Origin: Lytechinus pictus
Taxonomy: Eukaryota
NCBI RefSeq assembly: GCF_037042905.1
Contig: NC_087252.1
Span: 23,562,001 to 23,626,000, forward strand
Direction of reading: 5' to 3'
DNA length: 64,000 nucleotides
Below are positions 27,207 to 40,699 of the stretch, in pieces. The position numbers were made by a program, and so were the translations under genes. How positions within the stretch are numbered: the stretch's first letter is position 1; each line of letters opens with the position of its first letter. The notes below the pieces were generated by a model. It saw nothing but the letters and a program-made list of their open reading frames with translations, was not told the origin of the DNA and made no database searches.

Positions 27207-27291
27207 CTTCTATTCCACCGTTGTCTACGTTTCCACCAAACATGCCAAATGTAAAGCACCACTGCAGCCCCAAGGAGAACGTTCGAAATAG
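27207..27291 (-). CDS. Exon 4: rest of TM helix and basic stop-transfer segment
   Basis: Acceptor attatgttttccag, donor AG|GTAATC, 85 nt, phase 1 in and 2 out. Encodes AISNVLLGAAVVLYIWHVWWKRRQRWNR, continuing the hydrophobic run of exon 3. Confidence 0.88.
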
Positions 27292-27706
27292 CTGGAAAAC
27301 ATAATAGAATGATGAGCTAGAATTGTGAAAGTGGATTAAGGTTTCTCTCCCCAATTTTTATTTGAATCAATCTTTTTTTTTTTGGGGGGGGGGGGGGTGG
27401 GGGTTGCGTTCTTCTTCATCTTCTTCTTCTCGTTATAATTTTTATCATAATTATTGCTATTATATTACTATTATTATGATTATTCTCTAGATGTGTCAAG
27501 CGGCTTAAATACATGATTTTTTGGTATTATATGATATCAGCTATACTGAGAGCTAATATTAGCACATTCTCCACGTGGCATGTATCCTTCCTTTCAAGAA
27601 AGCATAGTATTTGTTGCTCGGGGGGGGGGGGCATTTTTAGGTTAACAGCATTTCGTGCGAAGGAAAAATAATTTATTTAGTGGATGGAGAAGAAATTGGA
27701 AATTAC

Positions 27707-28117
27707 CAATTATCACTGCTATGGTTACAGGAATTCCTTCTTTCATAGTCTCGACAGTTACTGGTATCGTTTCCGCGGGAATTGAAAGAGATGATCCCAC
27801 CAAGACCGATGCGGCTTTCCGTTCTTTCGATCCGGGTACATCTGACGCAACGCATGTGTATAAAGTTTCACTTGGGCTAGCCTCGATGGAAATCGACATG
27901 CTTTTTGTTGAATCAACATTAGTTTGCTCCTCATTATGTATGGTAGTCATCTGTTTAGTTCCATGTAGGAAGAAAAGTTTTATATATGGGTAGTAATTGG
28001 TCACTGAGCAGGTTAAGGTAATAGTTTTGTTGGTTGGAACACGGCAAGGCTCTGGATTGCTGACCGATGACCTATTAATACACTCATCGATAACTGGATA
28101 GGTTTCTTCCGGGGGAG
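27707..28117 (-). CDS. Exon 3: C-type immunoglobulin domain, stalk and start of TM helix
   Basis: Acceptor ttttttcaactttcag, donor G|GTAATT, 411 nt, phase 1-1. Reads APPEETYPVIDEC...ITLTCSVTNYYP...LYTCVAS...IPVTIAVII. Overlaps ORF 27642..28004. Confidence 0.9.
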
Positions 28118-28613
28118 CTGAAAGTTGAAAAAAAGGGGGAGTGGGATGACCTCTATTAATAGATTGACATCACTTATGGGCAATCATGGGATTGGGATTA
28201 ACTGCTACTTAGGTTCAGTTTTTTATATAGAAAAATAATATTTCGTGCAAGTTATATTTGTATTTGTATCTAACATGTTTTATATCAATATCGCAGAAAG
28301 ACAATCATATAGATCTGTCAGCCTACCAAAATATCCTTTTCAGAAGTCTTAGTATTGTCAATGCAAACTACACATCTAAAAAATTCAACGGCCAAAACAA
28401 TAATTAGAGATGTTCTTTTATGTAAAATCACTAATTGTTGTCAAGAGTGCTTATTGCATATCCATTAAATGTATTTGAATGTGAGGATAAAATGCATATT
28501 ATGTTTAATGTAAGATCATCTCAACGCTATTGAGCTCCAAAAGATATATTCATCTGGCGAAAAGTGTTTACCATCTATTCAAAAGGAATGGAAACATAAT
28601 GATGAAATCTTAC

Positions 28614-28961
28614 CATATAAACTAACGTCTGTAAAATTTTGTATGATGTTCCCCTTGTAGTTTGCAACTCTACAGATATATCGACCTTGTTCGGAAATGC
28701 CGACGTCCTTGATGATCAACGAATAATTTTCATTCATCTTCATGATCTCACACACCGTATGAAGTTGACATTCACCGGTAGCGTCATCAGTTGGGATCCA
28801 TGAGACAAGATTTGGTGATCGTCTAGGATCATATCCTTTCTTCCAATAGACAGCCAATGGTGAACCTTGAAACCGACATGTCAGGACTGCTCTGGCTCCT
28901 ATTCTTACATCTTTGTGTAACTCAGTCCAGACAACATCATCAGGAACATCACCTCGTATCC
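28614..28961 (-). CDS. Exon 2: V-type immunoglobulin domain
   Basis: Acceptor tttgtgtcattcag, donor G|GTAAGA, 348 nt, phase 1-1. Ig hallmarks: AVLTC, VYWKKG, YSLIIKDV, EQGRYICRV. Corresponds to ORF 28579..28974. Confidence 0.93.
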
Positions 28962-30600
28962 CTGAATGACACAAATAAGGTTATTCAAAATTTAGTAAAC
29001 CTGCATTATTTTTTTTAATGTTCGTAGTTTTGTCTCATTTCAATCTATTGAAGCATACATGAAGGTAAATAAATCTAAGAATGTTTAAAAAAATCAAAGC
29101 TTGTAGGACATCAACCTTTTAGGCAATTTTGCGTCTGACATACGCACAATTGGCAGCTTTCGTTTTCTGTGACGTGCCATGTGAACGTACGAGATTAAGG
29201 AATTTTGGGAGCGCTGCGCATGCGCGAAGTAATATGTGACGAGCCTTCTCGTTCACTGCCCAAATCTGTGACTCGTATTTGAGGGTTTTGACGTTCGGTG
29301 TCATAGTGCTCGAACGAGCGTTTGTTCGTACATGATGACGTCATCCAAGCTTAGCAAAAATGAACGAAGCCGCATCAACACTTGAGTTTCGTTGATTCAG
29401 CAGGGCTGGTAAACTGCAAATTACTACTTGTTACCAGCTTTTCCATTACATTTAGTGTGTCCTGTTTTCAGACACTACATATCCGATAGGTAAATGATGT
29501 TCTATTTCCAAACAACTGTGTTTTTTCGGCTTTTTGCGCAAGAGTGCAAATGTTGCACCAACAGTCGCCCAACTGGTTCGTAGCGTGATGCTACGCCTGA
29601 TTTTCCGGCCGAGCATCGGCCCACGGCCCGCTCGCTATCACGCTGGTATATGCTGTGGCCTGGTACGGGTATACGTCGACTTAAATCAAAACTGTTTTCA
29701 TCAATGTACGAACGTGATACTGAACGAGCTGTGTCACCACTTCCGGTGAATTAGGAATACGTTGCAGTCGCAGACAATCGAAAGCTATCTAATATTGTAT
29801 TATTTCCGAACCGCGTACCCGGGAGTCGCAAAATGGTCTCAATATAGATGCACAAGACTCGAAAGTAGAAAGTCAGGGAGCGTTTCCGGCCCTAAAAATA
29901 TCGCGCGGCGGCGTAGTCAGGAAATACATTGAGGCGCGTCAATTTGCCCCCCCCCCCCCCCTCGAGTTAAAGCAAACAATTCAACTGTAACTGGTTCAAA
30001 TATCCAAGTCCCTGCTACCCATTGAAAACGACAACTCATTATGTACAAATGCATTTCATTCACAATTGATGGATGTTTTTTATTCATCAATGCTCACTTT
30101 ATGTGGATTGAATATACTTGTGTGAAATGAGCGAGAATGGAAAATATACAACGATGAGTAAATTCAAATCGCGACTTGAGAATCAGTGTATTCGATTGGA
30201 AGTCTTCTTCGATCCACGATACTAGGCGTGATTAGGAACGATACAAAACAGGACATCAACAGTAAGAAATCTATAATTCATTTTAATGTACATGAGTTAT
30301 CCCTCAAAAGATACTGTCTGTAAGAGATGTCCAAACATCTGTACCTAAATTAGACAATTGATTGTAACGATATTCTAAAATCTGTTGGCATGCTATAACA
30401 ATAGTACTGAACTGATGTCAACTTCTAAACACTTTAATTTTACAATGTAAAAAATATATATAATACAAAAGTAATAATCTCATTGTTTTTTTTTTCTTCA
30501 GTGAAATTATAAATCACATACACATGTAGGCCTGCAGAAATGTTATGCCTCAAAATATTGGCCAAAATGTTTACAATCCTTTTAATTTCCAGGCATCATA

Positions 30601-31636
30601 CAGGCGCGGATCCAGGAGGGGGCCGAGCCGGCCCCGGCCCCCCCCCCCTATTTTTTGACAACCTGCAGGAAAAGTGTACTATAGGAAAAACACTAAAGAA
30701 AAGTAGGAAAGAGGTATCATACCCAGGATGTGTAATTTACAACCTCGTAACGGCCGGCCCGACCCCGAAAGGAAAGAAAAAAAGGGTGAGGGGAAGAATT
30801 GGAAAAAGAACTTTATATAAAAAATTTCGCTCGCGCTTCGCGCTCGCATTGCCTGTGCCAATGAATCCCATTCAAGAGGATTAAATTACACTTATATATC
30901 CAGATCTGAAATCAATTTGCACACAATATTTTAGCTCGCACATCAAGCTTTAATTATTTTATTTGTTTTACACAAATTGTTTATATCAAAATTTTCAGCT
31001 CGCGCTGCGCGCTCGCATTGTTTGATTTGTGAGTTACCTATCCTCTTTGGAAATTTTTACCAAAATTTGTCAAAATGCTCCTTTATCATGTCAGTATATA
31101 AAAAAATTGAGCTTGTTCTGTATTTAAATAAAAACGCGCTTAGACTGTCCAGTTTTCAGGTCGGAATATCAAAAATTTTGAGCTCGCGCTTCGCACTCTC
31201 ATTATTTAATTGGTGATACTTGTATCCTCTTCATTAATCACTAAAAACAGTCCTAATTGAGTCCCTTTTCACGTTACTATGATAAAATTTCGGCTCGCGC
31301 TTCGCGCTCGCATTGTTTAGTTGGATACTTATCTTTTTCATGATTATAAAATCTCCTCAGAATCTTCAGGTCTAAGGACATAAAATATCAAAGAATTTGA
31401 GCTCGCGCTTCGCGCTCGCATTATATATTAAGACCACATGATATACCTTATCTTGTTTATAACAATAAAAACTAACATATACTTAAAACTTCAGTCTCTA
31501 GTTAGGACTACCCCCTGAACCCCCCCCCCCCAAAAAAAAAAAAAAAAAAAAATCAGATTATAGCGGCCAATCGAGAAAAATGTTGATGAAAATATTTTTC
31601 GGCCCCCCCTATTGGCGAAAGCTGGATCCGCCCCTG
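30601..31636. mobile_element. Non-autonomous hAT-like element with 5-bp TSD
   Basis: TCATA|CAGGCGCGGATCCAG...CTGGATCCGCCCCTG|TCATA. Confidence 0.8.
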
Positions 31637-32965
31637 TCATATGCCTAAATCATTTCATTGATATCATGGATAATAGTTGTTTTTATGTAAAAAAAAAAAA
31701 CAAAACATGATTAAAACATTTTTCCGCACAGCTTTATAGTCGCAAAAATTATAATCGGCCTACAAGGTGTACGTGTCACAGATTTGGGTTTTTTTCTATT
31801 TCTTCTCAATGAAGTATTAACTTTGTTATCACTGAATATATTTTACTGATATGGCTCAGAAGACATAGGAAGCTAATATACCCACATCATGACTTAAGAT
31901 TTCGATTATGCAAACAAAAATTCCATTGTTGCATTTATCACCTTAATCGAGGAAAATTGTACGTTCGATATGTTGAGACTTTCGATAAAAGCTAAATGAA
32001 TAAACTTCCCTACAATCATATTTATAGACTTTTCTTTTTATTTTTTTAAGGAGAGTGAGATACTCGGCTTCTATACTTATTCATGAATCTCCTTTAAAAA
32101 AAAAAAAAAAATGAACATGCTATTTGTTTTCTCTTGTATTTCAAATTTGCATCCTTGCTATGATAAATATCTCGACTGAGGTAACATAAGTTTTTTTTAT
32201 CACTAAACACGTCCACGTTTGATATTCTTTGGAAATATACACTACATGATTCCATACTTGTAAAATGAACACGAAGAATCATTTTATCACTGCAGTCATC
32301 CTGCTGCTGTTTTAGTGATAAACTTGTAAACGGGTTTTTTTTTATATGCTATTTGAGCATGGATAGATTTTTCTATTCTCTTTTGGAAATATAGAGTAAA
32401 CATCGCTGTCATACAAATACTAAATTATTTTTTGCTTAAGGGATAAGAAAGCTTATTCAGTGCATGATTTCAATTTCAATAATACATGACTTTGCGGAAG
32501 GGGTAAATTTTCTCCTGCAATAGATCCATGAATAAAACCATATTGTGATAGGCGATGTTGCGTGTTGGCATGTTTGAGATTTTCTTTTTCGAAAAAAAAC
32601 AACATAAGAATGAGTTTCGAATATGAAAAAAAAATGTATCTCAAAAATAAAATGACCAAACATGTAAACACTACACTCTTTATACTTTGATTACACAAAA
32701 AAGTTTGAATTTTTATATCTAGGCATTATTTTGCCTGTGGTTATTGTCAACGTATAACATGTGAACATGTTTGGATATCTTCATTATCTTGCATTAATTT
32801 TTTCATATGCAAATGAAGTAATTCATTAAAATGAAGCTCAACGTGATAATATTGCATATGACCTGATCTCGTACACGATGCCTTTATAATTCCGTTGTCT
32901 GTTTGTTTGTTTGTTATTAACCGAAATATTTTCCATACTCTCCTCCGAAGTTTTATGAAGTTAAA

Positions 32966-33372
32966 ATCCCTATCTTATCTGACCTTCACTGGCTACCCAT
33001 TCGATCAAGGATCAAATATAAACTTATCATATTAACATTCAAATGTATTCATGGTATTGCCCCTGCTTATCTTCAAGAACTTGTCCAGATTCATAAACCC
33101 AAGCGTAATCTCCGTTCTGGCTCACAAAATCTTCTCTCTGTAATTACTGTCAAGACCAAATCATATGGGGATCGGGCTTTCCAGAAAGCTGCACCAGCAC
33201 TATGGAATTCTCTACCACTGACATTAAGAAATATTACCCAGCTTGAGAAATTCAAAGTTCAATTAAAAACCCACCTCTTTCAGAATGTTTGATTTAGTCA
33301 ATCGCGCATAGAGACCTGTAGGTGTTATGCGTTTTTAAGAAATGTACTATTATTATTATTATTATTATTATT
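32966..33372 (+). mobile_element. 5'-truncated L2/CR1-group LINE (3' end)
   Basis: Open frame ILSDLHWLPIRSRIKYKL...APAYL...RNLRS...YGDRAF..AAPALWNSLP...FKVQLKTHLF, then a short UTR and a (TAT)n tail. Confidence 0.85.
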
Positions 33373-35224
33373 TTCTTCGATTTTTTTTTCTTTTTTTCTA
33401 GAACAGGTTGCCTTACAAACACATTCCTATACAAATATCGCTATTTATATTATGGTCATTGCGAATGAGTTTATAAATACGATTGTATTTTCAACTTCAC
33501 CTTGCATTTTTCAGAGCTAATGTTGGGTCTCATTTGGTAAATAGAAAACCCATTGTAATTAGGGATCTCATTATTGTATCTTCGATACAAAACACGCCTA
33601 TGCATTTTGCTTTTTATCTCTTTATATTTCACATCAAACCATTTGTAATGCTTTGGTTGTTCAAGTGCACTGCAAAATTCCTAATACCTTTTTTTTCGAT
33701 TATCATTATAATACATGCAGTATTTGATGAATAGGCTACAATTACAGCACGTGAATGTGTCGGATTCCTATGCAAATGTGATCCATCTAGCGCGTCTTAC
33801 ATGTCATGAACTCCAACACTAAGGAGATCTTGTTATATACATTGTTCCCCTGCTTTTATTATGTAAAAGGAAAATATTTCTATCATCCTTGGTTTACATG
33901 CGCATTTCTACATTATACCAATGCGAATGAGATTATTCAGCTGTTACATTTTAAAATCGACTTGCCCTTTTCAGAGTCAAAATTCCTCATTTGGTACAGG
34001 GTCCATTTCTATTTGCCCTATTTTAACATAAATTCCTGCATGACAGGGATCTCATATAATTGCGTCTCCGATACATTATACGTTTCGTCACCTCTGCTTG
34101 CTATGCATTTTTCTCTTTATTTCTTCCCATTTTAAATCAAACCATTCATTGATTATTGTCAGATGTATTGCAAAAAATCTTAATTGCACTCAGATGACAT
34201 TATCATAAGTTCTGTTTTTTATGAATATGTTACAATTTACAGCACGTGAATAAGTCGAATTCCTATGCAAATGAGGATCTTTAATGCTCGTTCCTATACA
34301 CTACTATGCTAAATAGAATCCTTGTTTTACCGTTCATTGACCCCTACTTCCATTTTGTACATCAAATGTTAACTGATATTGCTCGTTACATTCTCTACCA
34401 TCTGTTGCTTTACATTCCAACCACACTAATTTGTCAATGACATCTTTTTCTTCTTTTTTTTCTAAGAGGGCAGGATTTATTTTTTCCATTCCAAAATGCT
34501 GTTTGACGCCAGTTTACGAATGCACATGATTATTATATTCCTTATTCGTCATCATGAATCTGATTACATCATGTGCATCTATTGTATGGGTTTTTATGTA
34601 CTGGTATTAGTTCCATCAGCGTCTATAAATTTCTTCCACATAATTGCTTATATATCTATTTTGCCTCCCAAAATGTTCTTCCGAGGCTCCAGTAAGCTGT
34701 GATTTACATATACATATATTTTGCTTTAACACTACCTTTTCTCCATGATATATCTTCTGTTATTCAAGGTATAATGATGTCATGAAACGATAGAAAAGTA
34801 TATTTCTAATCTAATTACTGTTTTCTATCAATTCAAAAATATTTTTAATTATCTTTTCATCCTCATGATCTGACTGATGGTGGCGGTGGCGGTACGTGTC
34901 CTGTACATGTCCTGGATATAATATTTTCTTACTTCGGAAAGCTAGTGTTTGTTTTAAGAGTATATACTCTCGGGAAGGCTAGTGGAATGACACCTCAACA
35001 TTTTGAAAGACTCAAGGAGGAAGTTTTTGAACTCTCAATTTGGCTGATAAACACTGTGAGTATACAGGACATACCTACGCATATACTACGTACTATATAC
35101 TTCGTATGCCTATAGGCCTGTACGCCGTATCAGACCGGCATTGAACCCTTCAACGCCGCTGTTCCGAATCACCGAAGCGGACCACGTTAACCTAGGTATT
35201 TGCAATACACGCTGGATAAGCAAG

Positions 35225-36978
35225 ATGAATCCTGACGATGACGAAACTGATGATGGTCCGTTTCAGACTCCACCTGACACACAATCTGAATTACTGTCTC
35301 AAGATGGAGATAGAAATATTCAGTATTACTGCAAAAAGTTTAAATCGCCAGGTGATACTAAAACTATGACCAGATGCAGTACCAAGAAGTGTAAAGCTTA
35401 TTTCCACCCGCTCACATGCTTACCTATATTAGGCGTGTTAATGGGGCGAAATATATTTGTGATGAATGTGAAATTGCTGATGCAGATATTATCCGTGAAT
35501 TATGTGAGCAAAATGAACCTAAACGGAACAATGAAAATCATGAACAGGATGTTAACGATATCACTCAACTAAAAGGAGCCATAGAAAATATGGAAAAGGA
35601 AGTAATCAAGTGTATTAGAGATATCAAATTCCAAACACAAAATGAAGGTAGATGTACCTGTGCTGATGAAAATGAACTAAAAACAACGATGGACAAACAG
35701 CGGGATGAAATAATCTCTCTGAAAGAATGTATTAATCAACTGAAATCAGAAATCAATATTCGTGTGAACGAATATGAGCTACTGCTCAAAGAACAAAGAC
35801 TAGTCGTCAAAAGCAAAGAACAAGAACTGAATATGCATAAAAAATACAATGAAAATGAGGAAAAGAAATCAAACAAGCTCCAAAGTGAGTTGGATCAAAC
35901 AGTTGAGCAACTCAAGATGGCGAAGAAAGAAATCGACAAATTCAATGAAGAAAATATCAATATCAAACGACAATGGCAAGCCAGTGAAAGTGATGGTGAA
36001 TGGAGGGAACAAAAAAGATACGCTCATACCAGAGGAAGGAAAGAAGGAAGAGATGATGAAAAATGGAGTGAATATAGAGGAATGTATCACAGAGGAGATG
36101 GGCAATGGAGAGAACGTAAGAGAATCATTTATGATAGACGAGAAGAAGGAACATACAGAAGACCCATCTACAAAGAAGGAGAACAAAAAAGATACAGCCT
36201 ATACAGCGAAGTTGCTGCCCCATATCGTGACGTTCAATCACGTGACCGACCGAGGAATGGTCAACGTCGAGAGATATCACCACAGAGGAATGCACGAAAT
36301 AAAGGAAATGAGCGAACGACTGAGGGGATGAACGAAATACATGAGGAAAGAAACAAACACGAGTGTGATATGAGTAGAGAGCAACATAACAAGTATGATG
36401 GAAGCAGAGGGCAAATGAATGACAGAAACGAAAAGAAAATGAGAAAAGTTGTTATAGTTGGAAATTCACAGATAAGTGGAATTGATCCGGATAAGTTTTC
36501 CCAAAATGTTAAGTTACATAAAGTAATTAAATACACAATGGATGATGTTGAGTCTTGGTTGAAATCTAGTGAGGCAAAGCAAACTCTTAGTGATGCAGAA
36601 ACCGTGATAATCCACGAATTAACGAATGACGTTAAACGGTCTAGTGCACTTGATTGTGCTTGTAAAATGAACAATCTCATTGGTCTGATCAAAGTCTCCT
36701 TCAAATCAATTAAGATAGTTATATCTCTCGGCACACCCCGAGATGATAACCAATTGTATCAGCAGCGTGTGGACATGGCCAATAGTATGTTGATGGCTGA
36801 TGCATTATATGACAGAAGAGTTAAAACTGTTCATCACAGAAACCTGCTCTACCGTGGAACAATTAACACTAATCTGTATAGTGATGATCGTTATCACCTT
36901 AGCAAGAATGGAACTAGAGTATTAGCAGGAAATCTCCGATGGGCAATTGAAAGGAGCTCCTCACGAAATAAACGATAG
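35225..36978 (+). pseudogene. LINE ORF1: PHD finger (split by frameshift near 35430), coiled coil, SGNH esterase-like domain
   Basis: One frame gives YYCKK...RCSTKKCKAYFHPLTC and another continues with KYICDEC. C-terminal VVIVGNS, IHELTND and DRYHLSKNG are SGNH-type blocks. Confidence 0.8.
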
Positions 36979-37027
36979 ACTTATTGTTTAGGGTCTACCT
37001 GAGGACCGAGAAACTTGAATAAACCTT

Positions 37028-40000
37028 ATGACTGAAAGAAAAAATATTCAAATTTGTTATTGGAATGTAAATGGGATACATAAGAGATGGGACGGGGTTA
37101 AATCTTCCTCAAAATTAGAAGAAGAAGATTTTGTCAACGTTTTTAATTTGTATGATATTGTTTGTCTGGCAGAAATAAAAATAGGGCCGAAGGAAAATAT
37201 GTCTCTGCAAGGATATGTCAACAAAATAATATACAGGAAGAGACATAAGAATGCTTGGAGATTTGACTGGGAAATTTACTTGTTATGAGGCGAATGCCAG
37301 AATTCCCAGTGTATTAGATTATGCCCTTGTTGAAAATGGTGCTTTTGATGATATATTGTACTTCTATGTTGATGACCTCAATATCTTTTCTGATCATTGC
37401 CCCATTATCTTATCTTTAATGTCATCCACACTTGAACATCAAATACCGTGTGAAATAGAAAAACAAGTTTTGAACCCCCATCCTAAAGCTTATATATGGG
37501 AACCGCATATAAGTGATGCAGCCTTTACTAAAACGCTACAATCACCCGAGATATTGACCACAATAAAAGAAAAAAAAAAAAGGAAAAGGTATATTGTATA
37601 AATGACATTGGTATTGAAAACGCAGTTAATGATGTAACAAACTGTATCTTAACTATCGCAGATAAAGCGAAAATAAAAGTAAAAATACCTCGGGTAAAAA
37701 GCACAAAGAAAAAGAACAGAAAGAAAATGTTTAATGCGGAATGCCTTGCTCTTCGGCGTCGCGTAAAACTATTGTGTAGACAAGTGTGTAACAATCCATT
37801 TGATAGAGGCCTCAGGCAGCAATATTACACCATGAAGAAAAGGTTGAAAAGAAGATTAAAAGAAATTGTGCGTAATAAGAGAAATCATATAATTGACAAG
37901 CTAGACAATCTTCAAAGTGAGAACCCTAAACTTTATTGGGATCTGATTAACGACCTAGAAAAACTGCACACAGATAGAAAAAGTCCAGTAAATAACATAC
38001 AACCAAAACGGTGGTTTGAGTATTTTAAAGAACTCATGAATCACAAACCCCTACTTTCAAAAGATCAAAATGAAATTAAGAATCATGTAAATAACCCAAA
38101 ACTGCTGGACACGTTTTCATCTCTTGATTTCAAGATCACTCCCAATGAAGTGTTAGAGTGTATTCAAACTTTGAAGAGAAAGAAAGCCCCAGGAAATTAT
38201 GCTATTTTGAACGAAATGTTGAAAGCTGGAAAATTTATGTTGTCACCAGTTTTGTCAAAGGTATTTAATTTAATCCTTATCAGTGGTCATTTTCCCGATA
38301 ATTGGTCAGTAAGCCTCCTAAAGCCTCTTTACAAAAGTGGGTCAGTTTGCGATCCCTCAAATTATCGAGTGATATCCCTCTCAAGCTGTCTTGGAAAGGT
38401 TTTTTGCTCAGTTCTAAACCGTCGCTTGGTATCATTTCTAGAAGAATATAGTCTCAATACAGCCAATCAGATCGCTTTTAGAGCAGGTTATAGAACGTCA
38501 GACCACATGTTCGTTCTAAAAACTATTCTTGATAAATATATAAGATGTAAAATAAATGACAACTATAATAAATTATACGTATGCTTTGTAGACTTAAGAA
38601 AAGCTTTTGACAACGTTTGGAGGGATGGTCTCTGGTACAAACTACTAGAACATGGGATTGGTGGCAATTTCTTAAGAGTCATCCGTGATATGTATTCAAA
38701 ATGTACAGTATCGATCAAATTAGACGAAGGTGTTACCCCATATTTTCGTACTGATATTGGAGTAAAACAGGGTTGCGTAATTAGTCCAACTTTATTTAAT
38801 TTATTTGTAAATGACATAACTAATATATTTGATACATCAGTAAGCGATCCAGTAACACTTTTTGATAAAGAACTTAATTGTATAATGTATGCTGATGATC
38901 TTGTTATTGTGTCGAAATCCCCTAAAGGTATGCAACACTGTTTAGATAAATTCACCGCATACTGTAAATCCTGGATGTTAAACATAAATGTATCTAAGAC
39001 TAAGATTATGGTGTGCTCAAAATCAGGGAGATCGAACGAAGGGGTCTCATTTGAAATTAATGGTGAAACACTATGCACAGTTAGGGAAATGAAATATCTT
39101 GGTATTGTTTTCGCAAATAATGGATCACTTAAAGTGGCCGCAGGGGATTTAGCTGATAAAGCGAGAAGAGCATTGTTCAAATTGTACAAATCATTTGGTT
39201 CCTATACTCCTAGCACTAAAACCTTGTTGCATCTTTTCGATGCAACGATACAACCGATATTACTTTATGGATCTGAAATTTGGGGTACTAATGTTATAGA
39301 CATGGAAAAAAATCTACAATTAATGGATGGGAAATCAGGGCTATATTTTAAACACGAATCTGAAAAGGTGCACATTCAATTTTGTAAATATATTCTCGGG
39401 GTAAACCGCAAATGCAGTAATTTAGCAGCGACAGCTGAAATCGGTAGATATCCAAAAGTCATCCAAATTGCCATAAATATACTTAAATATTGGATTCGAA
39501 TACGTAATATGGACGAAGATAGTTTGGTTTACAAAGCGTTTGTAGAAAATGTAAGTTTATTGAATAACGGAAACAATTGCTGGCTTAAGACAATTCAAGA
39601 TATTTTTAACACACTAGATATTTGTCGGAAAAATGAAACCCCCGTACTTGATCCAGAAAATATACCAATTTCCCAAAAAGAATTTATTACAATATGCAAA
39701 ACATCCTTGGAAACAAGATTTGACAAACAATTTGAATTGGATTTATTTAAAGACAGGGACACTAGGGAAGGAAATAAACTAAGAACTTTTAGGCAATTCA
39801 AATTCAATATAAGACAAGAAAATTATTTATGTTCAATACACAATGTAAATTTGAGAAAAAATATAACCAAGCTCCGACTGAGCGCTCATAACCTACCAAT
39901 AGAAACGGGGAGGTACAAAAGACCGGAGAAGATACCACATAACCTGAGATTTTGCGAAGATTGTAATTTGAATTTGGTCGGGGATGAGTTCCACATAATA

Positions 40001-40189
40001 ATGAAATGTAACAAATATAAAGATTTACGTAAAGATTTTTTTGAAAAGATAATTACCCTCAATACTAGGTTTACTGAAATGGAGTGCCAGAAAAAATGTA
40101 TCTATATCATGAAATTGGAAACGGAAGCCCTGATTAAATCGTTTTGTTCTTTTGTCCAAAACATAATTGCTATTAGGGGGGATTTCTGA
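37028..40189 (+). pseudogene. LINE ORF2: APE endonuclease (internally deleted, frameshifted), reverse transcriptase and C-terminal Cys/His motif
   Basis: WNVNG and LAE occur in 37028..37288, LDY and SDHCP in 37251..37601, and the middle endonuclease motifs are absent. A frameshift lies at the poly-A run near 37570. RT is uninterrupted in 37727..40189. Confidence 0.9.
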
Positions 40190-40699
40190 GTACAAAAATA
40201 TCAACCGGCAAACACTTTGAAGTAATATATTCGCAATATTTTTACACAATGAGTTTACATGTAATGCCATTCTTCTCATTCTTCCTCTCTTTCCCGCCCT
40301 CTCCATTTTCGAACTTCTTTCCTCTTTATTTCCCTCTCCTCTCTCACTTTCTTTATGTTTCTTTATCTTTTCTTGGATAGCAGTCTCTATATCCATTGTC
40401 AATTATCTATCCAGATGATTCATATGTTTATTGTGTATATATATAAGTTGTTTCTCTTTTTTTTTTACGAAATACTATTTTGTTTTTGTTTATTTGCTTA
40501 TATTCATTGCATTGTATATTTGTATTGTATTATTTTGTACCTCTTGTTTCGAACAAAATATTGGCAATTGCCAGTGAAGTTCCAATAAATTCAATTCAAT
40601 TCACGAAAATTAGGAAATTAAAACTATATCAATAGATTCATAGACGTTTAAAACCTTTTTTTATGACAATGATTAATTTATGCACCGGCCCCGAGTCTG

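Larger units (their letters stand above)
34875..40603 (+). mobile_element. Near-full-length but disrupted non-LTR retrotransposon, RTE-X-like
   Basis: Two-ORF layout ending in AATAAA plus a (TTCAA)n tail. Clade inferred from the esterase ORF1, RT motifs GVKQGC / YADD / LLYGSEIW and a C-terminal IETGRY...CxxC...DEFH...C motif. 5' end approximate. Confidence 0.85.

Noticed and set aside
28560..28961. V-type Ig exon as a rearranging (V(D)J-like) segment
   Set aside because: It is a single V exon with its final strand included and a normal splice donor. No heptamer/nonamer signal was seen next to it.
15926..28961. Assignment as UNC5, a TNF receptor or an IL-1 receptor
   Set aside because: No TSP1/ZU5, cysteine-rich TNFR repeats or TIR domain in the exon chain, so no gene symbol is given.
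35849..39807. Alternative-frame and antisense ORFs over the LINE (e.g. 35849..36331, 36261..36734, 38563..39189)
   Set aside because: Shadow ORFs of LINE ORF1/ORF2 with no independent motifs.
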